From NCBI GenBank assembly GCA_002633005.1, contig NMRA01000020.1, positions 1,579,589-1,643,588 of the forward strand: 64,000 nucleotides of DNA. Reading direction: 5' to 3'. The stretch is from Phoronis australis. Lineage: Eukaryota; Animalia; Phoronida. The stretch's first letter is position 1. Each line of letters begins with the position of its first letter. The notes below the pieces were generated by a model, which searched no databases, was not told the DNA's origin, and was given only the letters and a program-made list of their open reading frames with translations. The translations under genes and the position numbers were made by a program. Of this stretch, positions 12,160 through 24,066 are shown piece after piece.

Positions 12160-15100
12160 TTGATAAAAGAGAGCTGAGACAATGGTGAGCATAACTCATT
12201 AGCGTCCATCCACTTTGATGTCTATTTCGTTATCACCGCTTATGGCACTTGTGGTAGGACGGTATTTGACCATTTGGAATTAAGCTGATGCTTTTCAAGA
12301 TAACGTTCACGGACGCTTAAAATCGTGTTATGAAAATAGTACAGTCTCGTTTTTAGGATGACGGTTTTCGGGTTCCTTTAAGTAGATTGACTTTAGCAAA
12401 TGAAACAAACGCCAGAAACAATCGTGATGTACGAACTTCACAGCATTTGTTCAGTGCTGCTATAATTAAGGGCCACGCATAAATTAGGGGCCCTACTGGA
12501 AGGCTACAAGGGTCCTGCTTTGCAAGAGGTTAGGCGAAGTTGAGGGACGACCCCAGAGGGCTTCAGTTGTGAAGATAGGGGTTGGGTGACAGTGTGTCGA
12601 CCAGCGAGAGGAAGAGGGGGTAAATTTTTGACAGCGGAGAGGATACCCGAACTACCGGGCCTGCCATCTTCTTACGCCTAAAGAGAATTCTTAATCCAAG
12701 TTTGCATTTGCTGCGTGACTTTTGAAAATATTTAATCACTGTCACCTGTTGTAGGTATAAAGACTTTATGAAGGACTGTCCGAGCGGAGTGCTTAAGCGA
12801 GAGGTAGGGGCAGAGAGCCAGAGAGAGTGTAAGTTATCGGCGCATCTGTGGGCGCAGGTTAAGAATCATGATCCGAGAGGTCTTGTGATGGACAGACCTG
12901 AGATGAACTTTATATTCCTCTACGATTGTAGCAGTTTACTAAAGTGGCCAATTAGGGGCCTTACCCTCTGGGCTTCCCCCGTCGGGTCCGTGTCTGATCT
13001 GACTAACTAAGTTACCATGACAAAACACAGAACACTGATATTCATTGTCCATAACACAGTTAGCAAACATCTGCTATGTATATATGTTGTCGTCAAATAT
13101 TTGAATATGTACATGAACCTCAGACTATCGTTACATGTAAATTTATAACACTCATATAACCTCGGCAAAGAACGTGCGATGGACAGGAACAATTTTCCAT
13201 TTTCTTTTTGAAAAATATTTTAAAAACTTTCCAAATAAATAGATAACCAGGTTCTCACTCGTTACTCTCCATGGCATTTTATCAAAAATCGTATCGTCAC
13301 CAGCCTAAAAATGTTGAAATCAAACGGTGTTCTATAGCAGACGTTTAATTGCTCCTCCCTCATATTTTCCTACCAGTCCCCTTGACAATAAAGTGGACAC
13401 GGAGGCTCAACCCAAACACCTTAGGTGGAATAAACGTACAGTTTTGTTATAAGAGACGCATTTGAAATAAGTATGACCTCAGAACCACTCGTCAACAAGT
13501 TGTCTTAGCACCCTCGTCAACTGTAATTGCGACACAAGTGATCACTAATGCCCATTATTTCTTGATTGTACCGCTAGCCTGGTAAAGCCATACACTAAAC
13601 AACCGCATACAGCAGCCGTTGAATATTTGTTGACAAACCACTTCAGCGGAGAAAGCGTTGGTATGGACTTCGGAAAATATTTGCACAGGCCAGTATTTTC
13701 CAAGAGACGTAAAAGGGATCTGAACGAATCTATATGGAACCTTTAGTTGTTAAATCATCCGTTTAATACTCACTATTTGTTGACGCGAGTTTGCTTTGAA
13801 TTTGCGATCAGTGATCGTCAATTTTGTCATTCTACCGTACCGAGACACCATTTCCGCAGCATGGGAATCATTCCGTGTTACACTGATCTCATTTTATCGA
13901 CTGTGGGTCGTGAAATTAATTCAGGCGCTAATGCCAGTCGGTTAAAATATTACTTGTACTAGCTCCTTCATAATTTGTGGATTTGAACTGTTTCGCTGGA
14001 CCAGCTGTGAAAGTCTAATAATCCTTACGCATTTTCATTCGGTAAGTATCTTTTGGTTATTTTCAAATTGGACCACATGCATGTAGTGTAGGTCTGAGGC
14101 CTGTTCTAAGAGACAGACGTATAAATTCATTTTTGACTTAAGTTGAGGATTTGTGTCAGCTTCCAAACTTTGAAACGTCCACATCGAGTAACTTAGTCAA
14201 AATTAAGACAAAACGTAAGTCAAATTAAGTAAAAAGTCAAGCTTAAGATCTCTTTCTTGAAACAGGCTTGAGACAAATTTAAGTTTTATCTTAAAATTGA
14301 CTGAAATTTAACTGAGATTTGTCTTTGCTAAGTCAATTTTATGGAACGGACACCTGGATATTAAATATCTAGTTATTACTGTGTAAGTTTTCAGCGTTTC
14401 CCCTTTAGCACTAGCACGCAATTTGTAAATGGAAAACTGAAAAGACTCAGTTGGTAACATTAACTTACACATTAGGAAATAGCCGTGGTTGACAATATTA
14501 AAGAACTCTATAAATGAGGTAGTCATAACAAAAAACAGCAAGACTTCAAGATCATAATTCATCCCAGCGTAGTATCAAATTGCTGCCAGACAATGAACGC
14601 TTTTTCTTCCTGATGTGTCTTTACGGCAATCCGAGTGTGCGCGAAGTAGTACTGAGGGTAAATTATACCTTGAAGTCCTATTATTGAAAATAAATAGGAA
14701 TCTTTTCATGCAGCGCCCATGATTCAAGTGCTTAGTCCCTATCTAGTTTCTTTGAAAAAAGAAAACATCACTAGCACACAATAAAGTTATAGGAAGTAGA
14801 ACATTAGAGCGCAAACAAAATCTACATCTGCGCTGAAAATTTAAGCAATGTAGTCGACTGCCTGTTGGGACGGTTTTGTGCAACTGGCCACAGATTTCGC
14901 GCCTCTGAATTTCGTGGTCATGGAATTGTTTCCAACCCTTGCTATTTTGACGATATGTTACCAAGATAGGACGACAACACTTACCTCAGATTTAATGATT
15001 TTGTAAATTCACTTTTGTCTCAAATCATGGAATAGTTACAATTTGACAACACCTTTTTACAGAAAATGACTCAGCCCATCAAGAGACAACCACAACTTGA

Positions 15101-18100
15101 GATTGTCTCCAAACGCTTAGACGTCCCTTCTGTCGCTGATGTTGTTTTACGGCTGGCCAACGCAAGAGATAGGCGACTGTATCCGACGGAAAAAGTACAG
15201 ATTAGGACACCTCATCGACAAAAAAATACGGAGCAGATCGACCACATCGTTGAACGAGTACGAGGTCACACTGTTTCCAGTTTAGCATCAACATATGATT
15301 TTAATTCAACAACAAGTCATGTGGAATATATCTGCAGCAAGGACCCGCAGTGTCTGAAGCAACGAACAGTGAGTGATGAAGAGGCAGACGCCATATTTAA
15401 AAGACTTTCGTCAAAGACGACCGGAAGTAACTGTACAAGGCACCGGTATTTTTCTTCACAAGCGAGGTTGCCGATAACAAAGGCATTTATGACTGTAAAC
15501 GAGGACGAACTTAGTAAAATTATCGTTCGCATTAGTAAACCGACGATATCTAGTCAGGGAGTAACTTCCTGGCAGGAGAACCTTTCCAATGAGATTGATG
15601 GCGCTGACGGCAAACCTCAGAAATACTCAAATTATCGCAATGAAATCGTGAATTCAAGATTTATTGGTAAGAAAAAGTTAACGTACAGCGACATGAGCGT
15701 GTTGACGGAAAGACTTGCAAGGCCGAAATCGTCAGCAGAACTGTGTAAAAAGATTTCTAAAATAGCGGATACTACTGACGAAGCTCCGAGTGACCGAATC
15801 AGACCAAAAACATCGTTTATTTGAAAACACTCTAAACTTTTGTCATTTAAATATAGATATCGATTTTATGATAACAGACTTTTTAAGGAGTATCGTGATT
15901 TCTGGCCGGGATCGAGTTGTGTTTGTGTCATATGTAATTCAAATGCGTGAAAATGTACTTATCATCTATATATATTTATGGATTAACCTGTTTTTTAATG
16001 TCAGTGGTATTAGCCCACGCTAGAGTTTTCTTTAATCGGTGTAAATCTGATGTATCGTATCGTATCGATTAATTCATGAATGTAGCCAGTTAATGAAACA
16101 CAGGGACGAGTGTTCGAGTCCGACCCTGAGCCGGATCACTCAGTTGCCGCGGCATGTTACTTAGAACTAGAACGTGTCTCCAGGGATTACTACAGACATA
16201 GAGTTCTAGTTTTATGCTACAGATAAGTCTTTACAGTGACAATGGCAAGGAAGATATAATCAGTAATGAAAGTCTCATAAAAACGGGAACAATCGTATTA
16301 GTTAGCTGTTGACTTTGAGCCGGCTGATTCCTCAGTGAAGTCATCCCTTCACAGGGTTATGTCAGTACGCAACAAATTATCCAACTTGGTTTCACTTTTG
16401 TGTAATTTTAATGCACCCACATATTTATATGTGGATGCACTATGCCGTCACTCCCGTCCATCCATCCGTGCGTCCGTCTGTGCGGCGTCTGCTGTTATCT
16501 TCCAAACCCCTGGATGTAGGTTCGTGAAATTTTGTAGATATATTTCAGATATATTCCACTCATGGATGGGGCGGAATGAGCGATATCGGACGGTTCCGAT
16601 TACGGGGGTGCCCCCTACTGTCAATTTTAGTTTTTTATATGTGCCTCTATATCTTCTTAGTCCTTGACGAAATTTTTATTTTTGTTTGTAACTCAATACA
16701 AGTTCTTGGACGGCTCTTCGTTAAACTTAGTTGGCATGTATGTGTTTCTATCAAGGAAAACACAACTGACGTGGATTTCGGTACTAATCTGACTCCTGCG
16801 GAATCGCCTATGGGCATTTTGTTTTTTGCTAGCCTTTGCCTTGATATCTACCAGATTCCTTGATGAATATGTTGGCAAATATGTAACTATCACGTAGAAA
16901 ACAATACTTGCCCTGCTGCAGATGGATTTGCCCAACGTTACATAACCGAGTGACGTTTCTTTAGTTTTTGTGTCCTCTGTCTTCTCCCTTCCTATCCTCT
17001 AAACTCACTTGCTTTGTACCCTCTAGAGGCTGTTATTACCGTAATCGTTCGGGTTAACGCCCTGGGCGGTTAAATTGGCGAATCCAAAAAATCGGGGGAG
17101 GGCGGTTAACCGAGCAGTGGGCGGTTAAATTGAAAATCCACCTAAAGTAGGGGATGGGCGGTTAACTGAGCATGGGCGTTAACCCGAACGATTACGGTAA
17201 GTTAACTAGCATTGCTGCGTTCAGTGGGTATATTTGAAATAATGACCATTTCTAGAATCTGCGCTGTATGTTATGCAGACGGTGGGTGCATTTCATCGCT
17301 CCGCGATGCTCTTGTTAAGTTAGCTATAGAAAACAGCGAACTGAATTTCTGGACATTTCGCCTCGGCGAAGTTGTCTCTGACGGTAGCTCCAGCTCAGTC
17401 AATACCGAACAGAGATTTCCGATAAAGCGCTCTAGTCGACCACAACTTCTTCTTGCCTTTTGTTCCCGCATGCGCTGTTTCGAAAACAACGATTTATTCA
17501 AGTCACTTTTTGTTCCCCAGAAATCTTCCAAGTGCGCCATTTCTTACTTCTTTTCCGAAAAAAGCGCTTTATCGGAAACTCTCCTGTAACTGGGAGTCAC
17601 GAGCATTGCGTTCTCAAGTGGATGACCCGACTTCTTTGCTAAAAACCCGGCAGTCCAGAGTGGTGGATAAAATGACGATTATTCTCTTTTTCTTGTGTAC
17701 AATTATAACTGATTAATATTGTGTGTTCATTGTCTAAAGCCCTGATATAATGTTCACTCCGGTTTCCGGGCTGAATTTTATTGTATTGTATTTTTGGGTA
17801 TATCTTAATAAACTGGCAACTGTAAAAAACGGTTATATGACTATCTTCCTTTTAATCGTCCGTAACGCGAGACAAGCCGAGTCTCAGTCAAACGCAAGAC
17901 ATACGAAAACTTTCGGACGGGCCATTCTACAGTGGTATAAGTTTTATGTTGAGTTGACAGCAAATCATAAAATTTTAGTGGACTGTTAAACTATAGGATC
18001 GCTTTCCAGAACGACTTCTTACAGCTTTCAAGGGGACTATTTGGATACTTTTGCATGCTTGCACCCATTAATTTGTTATCCTACAACGAAAAATGAGTAA

Positions 18101-20130
18101 CGTAAGAAATATGACGACCCCGGCACTTACGAACCCTGATCATCGGCGACCATCATTAGTCTTCAGTGAATTTAGCGACTGTAAGAAACTTCTTATAATT
18201 CTAGATGGAAAAAATCACCAAAAGCGCGGACATATATAGTATTTTAACTATTTTATACAATTATACATTGGAAAATTTGTTTTTGACCGGCTATTCTGGT
18301 GCATAAATTTCGCTTTATTTTATGTTAGCGATTGGAATGTAGCCTATTGGAGACGTTTAATACATCTTTGTGTGGCTGGGTAATCAGGTTTATAACATGC
18401 ACATAAATAGTGAGAAAATGGAAAATAATATCCTTTCAAAACCTTTTAGAACATCAACAGAATGCCCAAGACACATTCTCCAGGAGAAGAGCATGAACAT
18501 TTCCGTGAAAATTCCAGCACCATATACATGTACGCACAGGCTGACAAAAGACTTATGTTTCTCTTTTCAATAGGAATTCCAGATGATCTATCAACAGTTC
18601 TTTCCGCACGGCGACTCCAGCAAATTTGCCAGCTTTGTCTTCAACGTGTTCGATGAAAACAAAGACGGGTCTATCACTTTCAAGGAATTCATATGTGCAC
18701 TATCCGTGACCTCTAGAGGAAGTCTGGAGGAAAAATTAGATTGTGAGTTTCATGGGAATAACATCTCGCGAATACAGAAACCCATTGGTGCGGTATTATT
18801 TCACAATAAGTAAAACTGTAAAGGTGACTTTCATTTCTCTTATGACTGACAAGAATTTGTCCATTTCCACCACCCCTCAAGAAACTAAGTCTCAACATAA
18901 AGCATGTTTCAACGTTGATTTCTCTCAAAGTTACTAGCGAACGTACAGAAATCAACGTTGAAACCTGCTTTACGCTGAGACTAAATAACTATCCCAAATA
19001 TACCTCTTGAAATTCTCTGCTCAAGATTTTTCCATGCAAGCTTAAAGGGCCAATAAACCAGCGCTCTGTGTGTAAAAATACAATTAACATTTGATTTAGG
19101 ACACCTGCCGTTTTAAAATAGGTTTCATCTTGTTCTTTACTCCTATTAGAATAGAAACAATTCCTCGATCTGACAATTATTTACACGTCTTTATCGCTTC
19201 CGACCAGGCCTATGAAGTTTAGTTGTCACGGCCGGCGCGTAAGTTTCAACCGCCGAAGCAGTACAATTGCCTGGGGAATTCCACCAGGCGCTTTGAACCA
19301 ATTCAAGCTAAGGACAGCAGGCTGACGTTGAAACTCCAAATATGCCTGTAAAAAGTCGCTTTTTGACAGAGAGTGTCCCTAGGTTATAGCAAATTTCCGG
19401 TGTAGCTGTACCTCTTTACTTGCGTGCACTACTTCGGAAATTGTGTTTTTGTAACACCGCTAAAAAAGTAATCTGTATTTTGGTTCACGCAGGGGCCTTC
19501 AGCCTTTACGATCTAGACAACGACGGATACATCACGAAGAAGGAAATGGTGGACATCGTGGACGCCATCTACAACATGGTGGGCAACATGATGGATCTAC
19601 CCAAAGATGAAGACACACCACAGAAGAGAGTGGATAAAATATTCGCAACCATGGACTTCGTAAGTTCCACCCACCCATATGCAGTGTCGAGAGAAATGAA
19701 ACAACCCTATCACACCTTGAAAAACATTACGATAGAGCAGAGCTCCACCAAGTTAGAAAAGTTCTCCGGCTTCACGATCTTTGATGCATTAGACCCACGG
19801 TTTCAATGAAACTAGTCTCAACTTGTTCCTTGTCCCAATCCGTTCTTAGGAATAACGTTCAGTGCGCTACATCTCTAGGCAGAGGTTATACTTTCATCCT
19901 CTCAGTCATACAATCTTGCACGGTCGCCAATTCTAGAAGCTTCTGCCGTGGCTGTCTTACATGAGTAACGCAGTTATCCGTCGTGTATCACGAATCGCAC
20001 ACAAGCGCATTTAAAGTTGCATTATCCTTTTCAGAATAAAGACGGCAAATTGACAAAAGCCGAATTCATTGAAGGCTCCAAATGTGATCCGTGGATAGTG
20101 CAAGCATTGTCGTTAGACATCCCCAGATAA
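12160..20130 (+). CDS. NCS1: Neuronal calcium sensor (NCS-1/frequenin-like EF-hand protein), 5'-partial; join(12160..12184,12755..12803,18574..18742,19493..19659,20035..20130)
   Basis: All introns are GT-AG and phases are consistent. Spliced translation: (F)[167 protein letters not shown]. It has the CPSG degenerate EF1 and canonical EF2-4 loops of the NCS family. The N-terminal myristoylation exon (MG...) was not located. Ortholog versus paralog of NCS1 is unresolved. Confidence 0.9.
13491..13784 (+). promoter_or_regulatory. Cluster of X-box (RFX)-like and forkhead-like motifs upstream of the nested ORF
   Basis: GTTGTCTTAGCACC at 13499-13512 (near X-box), GTCAACA at 13491, and TATTTGTTGAC twice (TGTTGAC at 13628 and 13778). 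Short motifs, so chance occurrence is possible. Confidence 0.3.
14097..14356. mobile_element. Harbinger-like MITE relic
   Basis: ggcctgttc...gaacggacacc termini with repeated taagtcaa/ttgactta subterminal motifs. Similar in style to 24371-24640. Confidence 0.4.
15066..15824 (+). CDS. Uncharacterised 252-aa basic protein with about 5 internal helical repeats, nested in the NCS intron
   Basis: Uninterrupted 759-nt ORF in otherwise AT-rich intron. Acceptor ctttttacag ends at 15062, just before AAAATG. Candidate upstream non-coding exon donor cg|gtaagt at 14041/14042. Repeats: [72 protein letters not shown]. Confidence 0.7.
   Translation: MTQPIKRQPQLEIVSKRLDVPSVADVVLRLANARDRRLYPTEKVQIRTPHRQKNTEQIDHIVERVRGHTVSSLASTYDFNSTTSHVEYICSKDPQCLKQRTVSDEEADAIFKRLSSKTTGSNCTRHRYFSSQARLPITKAFMTVNEDELSKIIVRISKPTISSQGVTSWQENLSNEIDGADGKPQKYSNYRNEIVNSRFIGKKKLTYSDMSVLTERLARPKSSAELCKKISKIADTTDEAPSDRIRPKTSFI
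16406..16880 (+). mobile_element. Helentron-associated interspersed element (HINE/DINE-1-like)
   Basis: T-rich start, hairpin gcacccacatat..atatgtggatgc, GTCC/GTCT microsatellite, then core repeats homologous to the tandem array at 62884-63750 (ggtgccccctactgtcaattttagtttttta). Confidence 0.6.
17039..17197. mobile_element. 159-bp Tc1/mariner-pogo-type MITE
   Basis: Perfect TIR CCGTAATCGTTCGGGTTAACGCCC flanked by TA on both sides, with internal GGGCGGTTAA repeats. Confidence 0.85.
18889..18981. mobile_element. About 93-bp palindromic MITE with TAA flanks (PIF/Harbinger Tourist-like)
   Basis: taa|gtctcaacataaagcatgtttcaacgttgatttct...agaaatcaacgttgaaacctgctttacgctgagac|taa. Confidence 0.7.
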
Positions 20131-20924
20131 TGACGGATGTACAAGTGAAAAAAGGGCACCGTGTCTCAGGAGACAGACGGGAAACGATGACCGTTTCGCA
20201 CGTTCTTCCTGGCCCAACACTGACGTGGATGTCTGTACAGATCTAAGCTTTTCTCTTTTGTTCTGGTAGTCACGAAAAGCAGAGAAACACGCAGACATTA
20301 GTGAACTGTCATTTGTACAATGGATACACTTGACTGACGTCGCCGGTAACATCGGTTCAACCCGGCGGCTAAGATATCTCATTGGTTCTTGATCACTACG
20401 TCCGGCTTTTAAACCAATCAGATGTCTTAGAAGGTTGACCTGGTGAAGTCAATCCAGTGCAACCTATGCTTATAACTAAAACTATTTTGCGTGAACTAGA
20501 CAGCACTAGAGCTACGTTACGTTGGTAACTCAAGTTTTCGACGTGAAAGCCCTGGACATGAATAAGAGATGTCCGATGGTCACTCGCTCAGTGGAACGTG
20601 CTATAAATCAGCAAGGCGTCTACAAACAAACCGTCCAGCAGCTTTGGGTTGGGGGAAATCTAAGGCTTCGTTTTACGTTAGCTGCCAAAACGGGCAATTT
20701 ATCTCGTTTGTAGTTGATCACTTCGACATATTTTGCAACATTCCTCGCTCCTGTATTATTCAAAACACAATGAAGCACAGAATGTGAAAATGCTTGCCGA
20801 ACAAGAAAATGCGTTTCCAAACTTGCTTCAGGATTACAGAGCATTTCGAAAATTTATAATATAGTGACAGTGGCATAGAAAGCTAAGATTCATGTCCATG
20901 TTTGAAGCGACAAACAAATGATCG

Positions 20925-21408
20925 TTAACGTATGTAGGACCCTAAAAAATGACCAAATATTCTAAATATCGAAACATCATATCTCAAAAATGGCCGATTG
21001 GATTCATATGGCATTTTAAGTACTATGATTTATGCACTTCTAAACGCTGTAACAGTTATGAATTTTTCAAAATGGTCCACTGTTGCATGAGAGGTTATCA
21101 GAAAGAAACTTTTGTCAAACGACAACGAAACTGCAACAGCCTTGAGATTTCTTCTATCGAATAATTATATCCCATGAAATTCGACCACCATGATTGATAG
21201 AGTCGTTTTAATATCAATGAACTTTTGTTTTTGCTCAATTTCACTGAAGACATATGGTCACATGACCCAATTACGGGCAGGTTGGTAAAATGTCAAAAAT
21301 CGAATTCGACATGCCTTCTACTTTCAGGAAAAAATATTTCTACCGAGTTATAATATAGCCTACTTTGGTTTTTATTTGGTTTGTGGATAAGGTCCTATAT
21401 AAGCTTAA
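20925..21408 (+). mobile_element. TTAA-flanked Kolobok-like MITE, copy 1
   Basis: ttaa..tatgtaggacc ... ggtcctatataagc ttaa. Homologous to 22197-22726 and 22902-23402. Confidence 0.7.
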
Positions 21409-21500
21409 AGGTTAAATTTATACACACTTGGTGTTGTCGTTTTGTGCAGTTCATTACTAAAATATGCACTAAATTTTCTGTTGTGTACCATTTTGCTGTA

Positions 21501-21506
21501 AATAAA
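21501..21506 (+). terminator. Candidate polyadenylation signal of the NCS gene
   Basis: AATAAA about 1.4 kb after the stop, preceded by TGTA motifs. Confidence 0.4.
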
Positions 21507-22196
21507 GAAAATCCAATTGTCACTGTAGATCGATCAATTCCATTTCACTAACTCACACTGTGAAAGAAACTAGCTAAAGGTACATTGAGCAGAAATTAAA
21601 AAGTACACAAAAATTCTTCAGCTTAGCACATCATGTGGCCGGAAGGTAAAACTCGTGTCAAATTCCTGAACAAAAAATATGCTTAGCGTTTTACAGCTAC
21701 GATGTGCTTCGTTTTCACCATGGTTTGTACAACAAAGGTACCAGCCTTTGAAAAATAAGAAAACCTCAAATTTATCACTTATTTATGGCACTAATTCAAG
21801 AATCTTTATTGCACATCCTATCAAACATACGGTAGTTGATTTCACTCGAAATTTCAAGCATGGATGTCTGTGTCTCCATGGATGGGACACCCTCACAACC
21901 AAAGGGAAAAGAGGTCATAAAAGATAACTACATGTAGATATGGTGGAGCATGCACTGCTGGTAAAGTTTCTTCGAGTTAGAACACAACATGGCGAATAGT
22001 GAAGAATTATTTTATCAAACTTTTCCGTAAACAAGAGTAAACGTTTACTTCATAGTTTCCAAAGTTTCCAAAGTAAAACTGTCATCAACAAACACAATGA
22101 AATTCGAGCATCTTTAACAATACAGCTAGCTTTTGAAAGTTGAAACATGACGATTTTCGGTAACTATTTTTGTTGGAATTTTAAGAAACTGTTATA

Positions 22197-22726
22197 TTAA
22201 CAGGTTATACAGGACCCTAGAAAAACTTTCAAATTTGGCTGCAAGCTTCGGGATATCCGACATGTCTCAGAAATGGCCGATCGGAAACCCACGAAACTTT
22301 CCGATACTATGCTTTATGCACTGTTCTCCAACACACGGTTAGAAATTACTTTTGAAATGGTCCCCATTTGTACAGGGCCTAACAAAAATTAAAAAGGTTA
22401 AGATTTTTGTAAAGAAAACAAACAGTTGCATAAAAATATATAATTGGAAAACAGTAACAGCGTTTTCGAGATTTTATCCTGAAAATTTTATCGTACAAAA
22501 GTTGGTCTGGGTAATTTCTATGAATGTACCTTTCTTTCATACTAAATTTTACTAAAAAGATGGTTAGGTGACCCAATTAACGCTAGGTTGGCAAAAAGTA
22601 AAAAAATCAAACTCTTCAAGCTTTCTACTTTCAGAAAATATGTACTTTTACTGTGTTAAAATCAACAGTTTGCAAGATATTTGGATAAGTACACAGATTT
22701 TTCAATAAGTCCAAACATAACTTTAA
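22197..22726 (+). mobile_element. TTAA-flanked Kolobok-like MITE, copy 2
   Basis: ttaa caggttatacaggacc ... gtccaaacataact ttaa. Shares the internal motif tctcagaaatggccgat. Confidence 0.7.
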
Positions 22727-22901
22727 ACAGTGCATGACAGAAGATGCACAAATACATACACTTCCGAAAGTCACGCGACTTTACCGTAGTGGCCTGAGTT
22801 AGCAGGAGTGGTCACCACTGGTACCTGAACTAAGACTGGAGAAGAATACAAGGAAAAAATTCATGTGATAGTTTTCCATCTCAAAATTGCACTCACTTTA
22901 C

Positions 22902-23402
22902 TTAAGGTTATGTTGGACCCCAGAAAAATGTCCATTTTTATTTGTCTATCTTTGGAACATCATATCTCAGAAATGGCTGATGGGGTTCATATGAAAACTT
23001 TAGATACTATTTTCTACAACACCCTGCTAGGAATTGTTTTTAAAATGTTTCATTTATGCATGAGGGGTTATCAGAAATAGAACTTTTTCATTTCTATGAA
23101 AGAAATGAAGTTGCATAAAATGAAAACCAAATGATATATAATCCCGAAAACTGTAACAGCGTTTTTGAGATTCAGTTTCATGTTAACATTTATATTATAT
23201 CAATCGAAATTTGATGTGTTATTTATACCATTGTTTCGCTGAATTTTTGCTGAAAATACATGTTGATGTGACCCAGTTAATGAAAGATTGATAAAAAGTC
23301 ACAAATCAAATTCTACAGAAAATGTACAGTTTTACTGTCTAGTACTGTAGTAGACCTTTGGTAAACTACACAGACAGCCCACAAGGTCCTACACAACCTT
23401 AG
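22902..23402 (+). mobile_element. TTAA-flanked Kolobok-like MITE, copy 3
   Basis: ttaa ggttatgttggacc ... ggtcctacacaacc ttag. Shares catatctcagaaatggc and tgcatgag.ggttatcagaaa with copy 1. Confidence 0.7.
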
Positions 23403-23956
23403 AGGAAAATTAACGAATCAGGTATCGTCACAAATTAAACATACCAGCAAAATGTTGAAGCATTTCTGATCACGAACTGTGCCATAGGGCACACGCCTTA
23501 TGCTTAACAATCAAATCAGACGGATTTTGAAGGAAGTAAACCAAAAAGGAAGAATCTCTTGAACAGATTAGCATGATAGTTGACTAGAGCTATGCATCAT
23601 TCTATGACATCATTCTAATTATCAATCTATGACATCATTCGCCACAGTAATATGAATGCTGCACCACCATGAAGATGAAAATAAAGTTTGTCTAATACCT
23701 GGTATATTTACTTGTGAAGAGAATTTTGAAATTGCTCTAGTCCTTGTCTGGGATTGATGTCAGAAACTAGTTGCTACATTTTGAGTGATTGGTCAGATGG
23801 TGGTTTTGACACCATTCAAAATTTTGATAAAAGTGAACATTTATTAAGTTGGGTGAAGTCAGGAAGTATTCCTTTAAAGGCATAGAACCTCGGATTTCCG
23901 TAATTTATAAATGTATAAATTCATCAGACTTGCAATGGGATAAACACATCATGGGT

Positions 23957-24066
23957 TAAAAGCACATCTCACCAACTCCCTGCTTTTTTCACCATCTCAA
24001 CTAAGCTAATCAATGGGATTTAAAGCACATCTCACCAACTCCCTGGTTTTTTCACCATCTCAACTA
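23957..24066 (+). repeat. Short direct duplication (period about 62 bp)
   Basis: aaagcacatctcaccaactccctg(c/g)ttttttcaccatctcaacta occurs twice. Confidence 0.85.

Noticed and set aside
17212-17716. Several overlapping 60-125 aa ORFs in a CpG-richer patch
   Set aside because: No recognisable domain or consistent splice sites; probably a decayed transposon interior.
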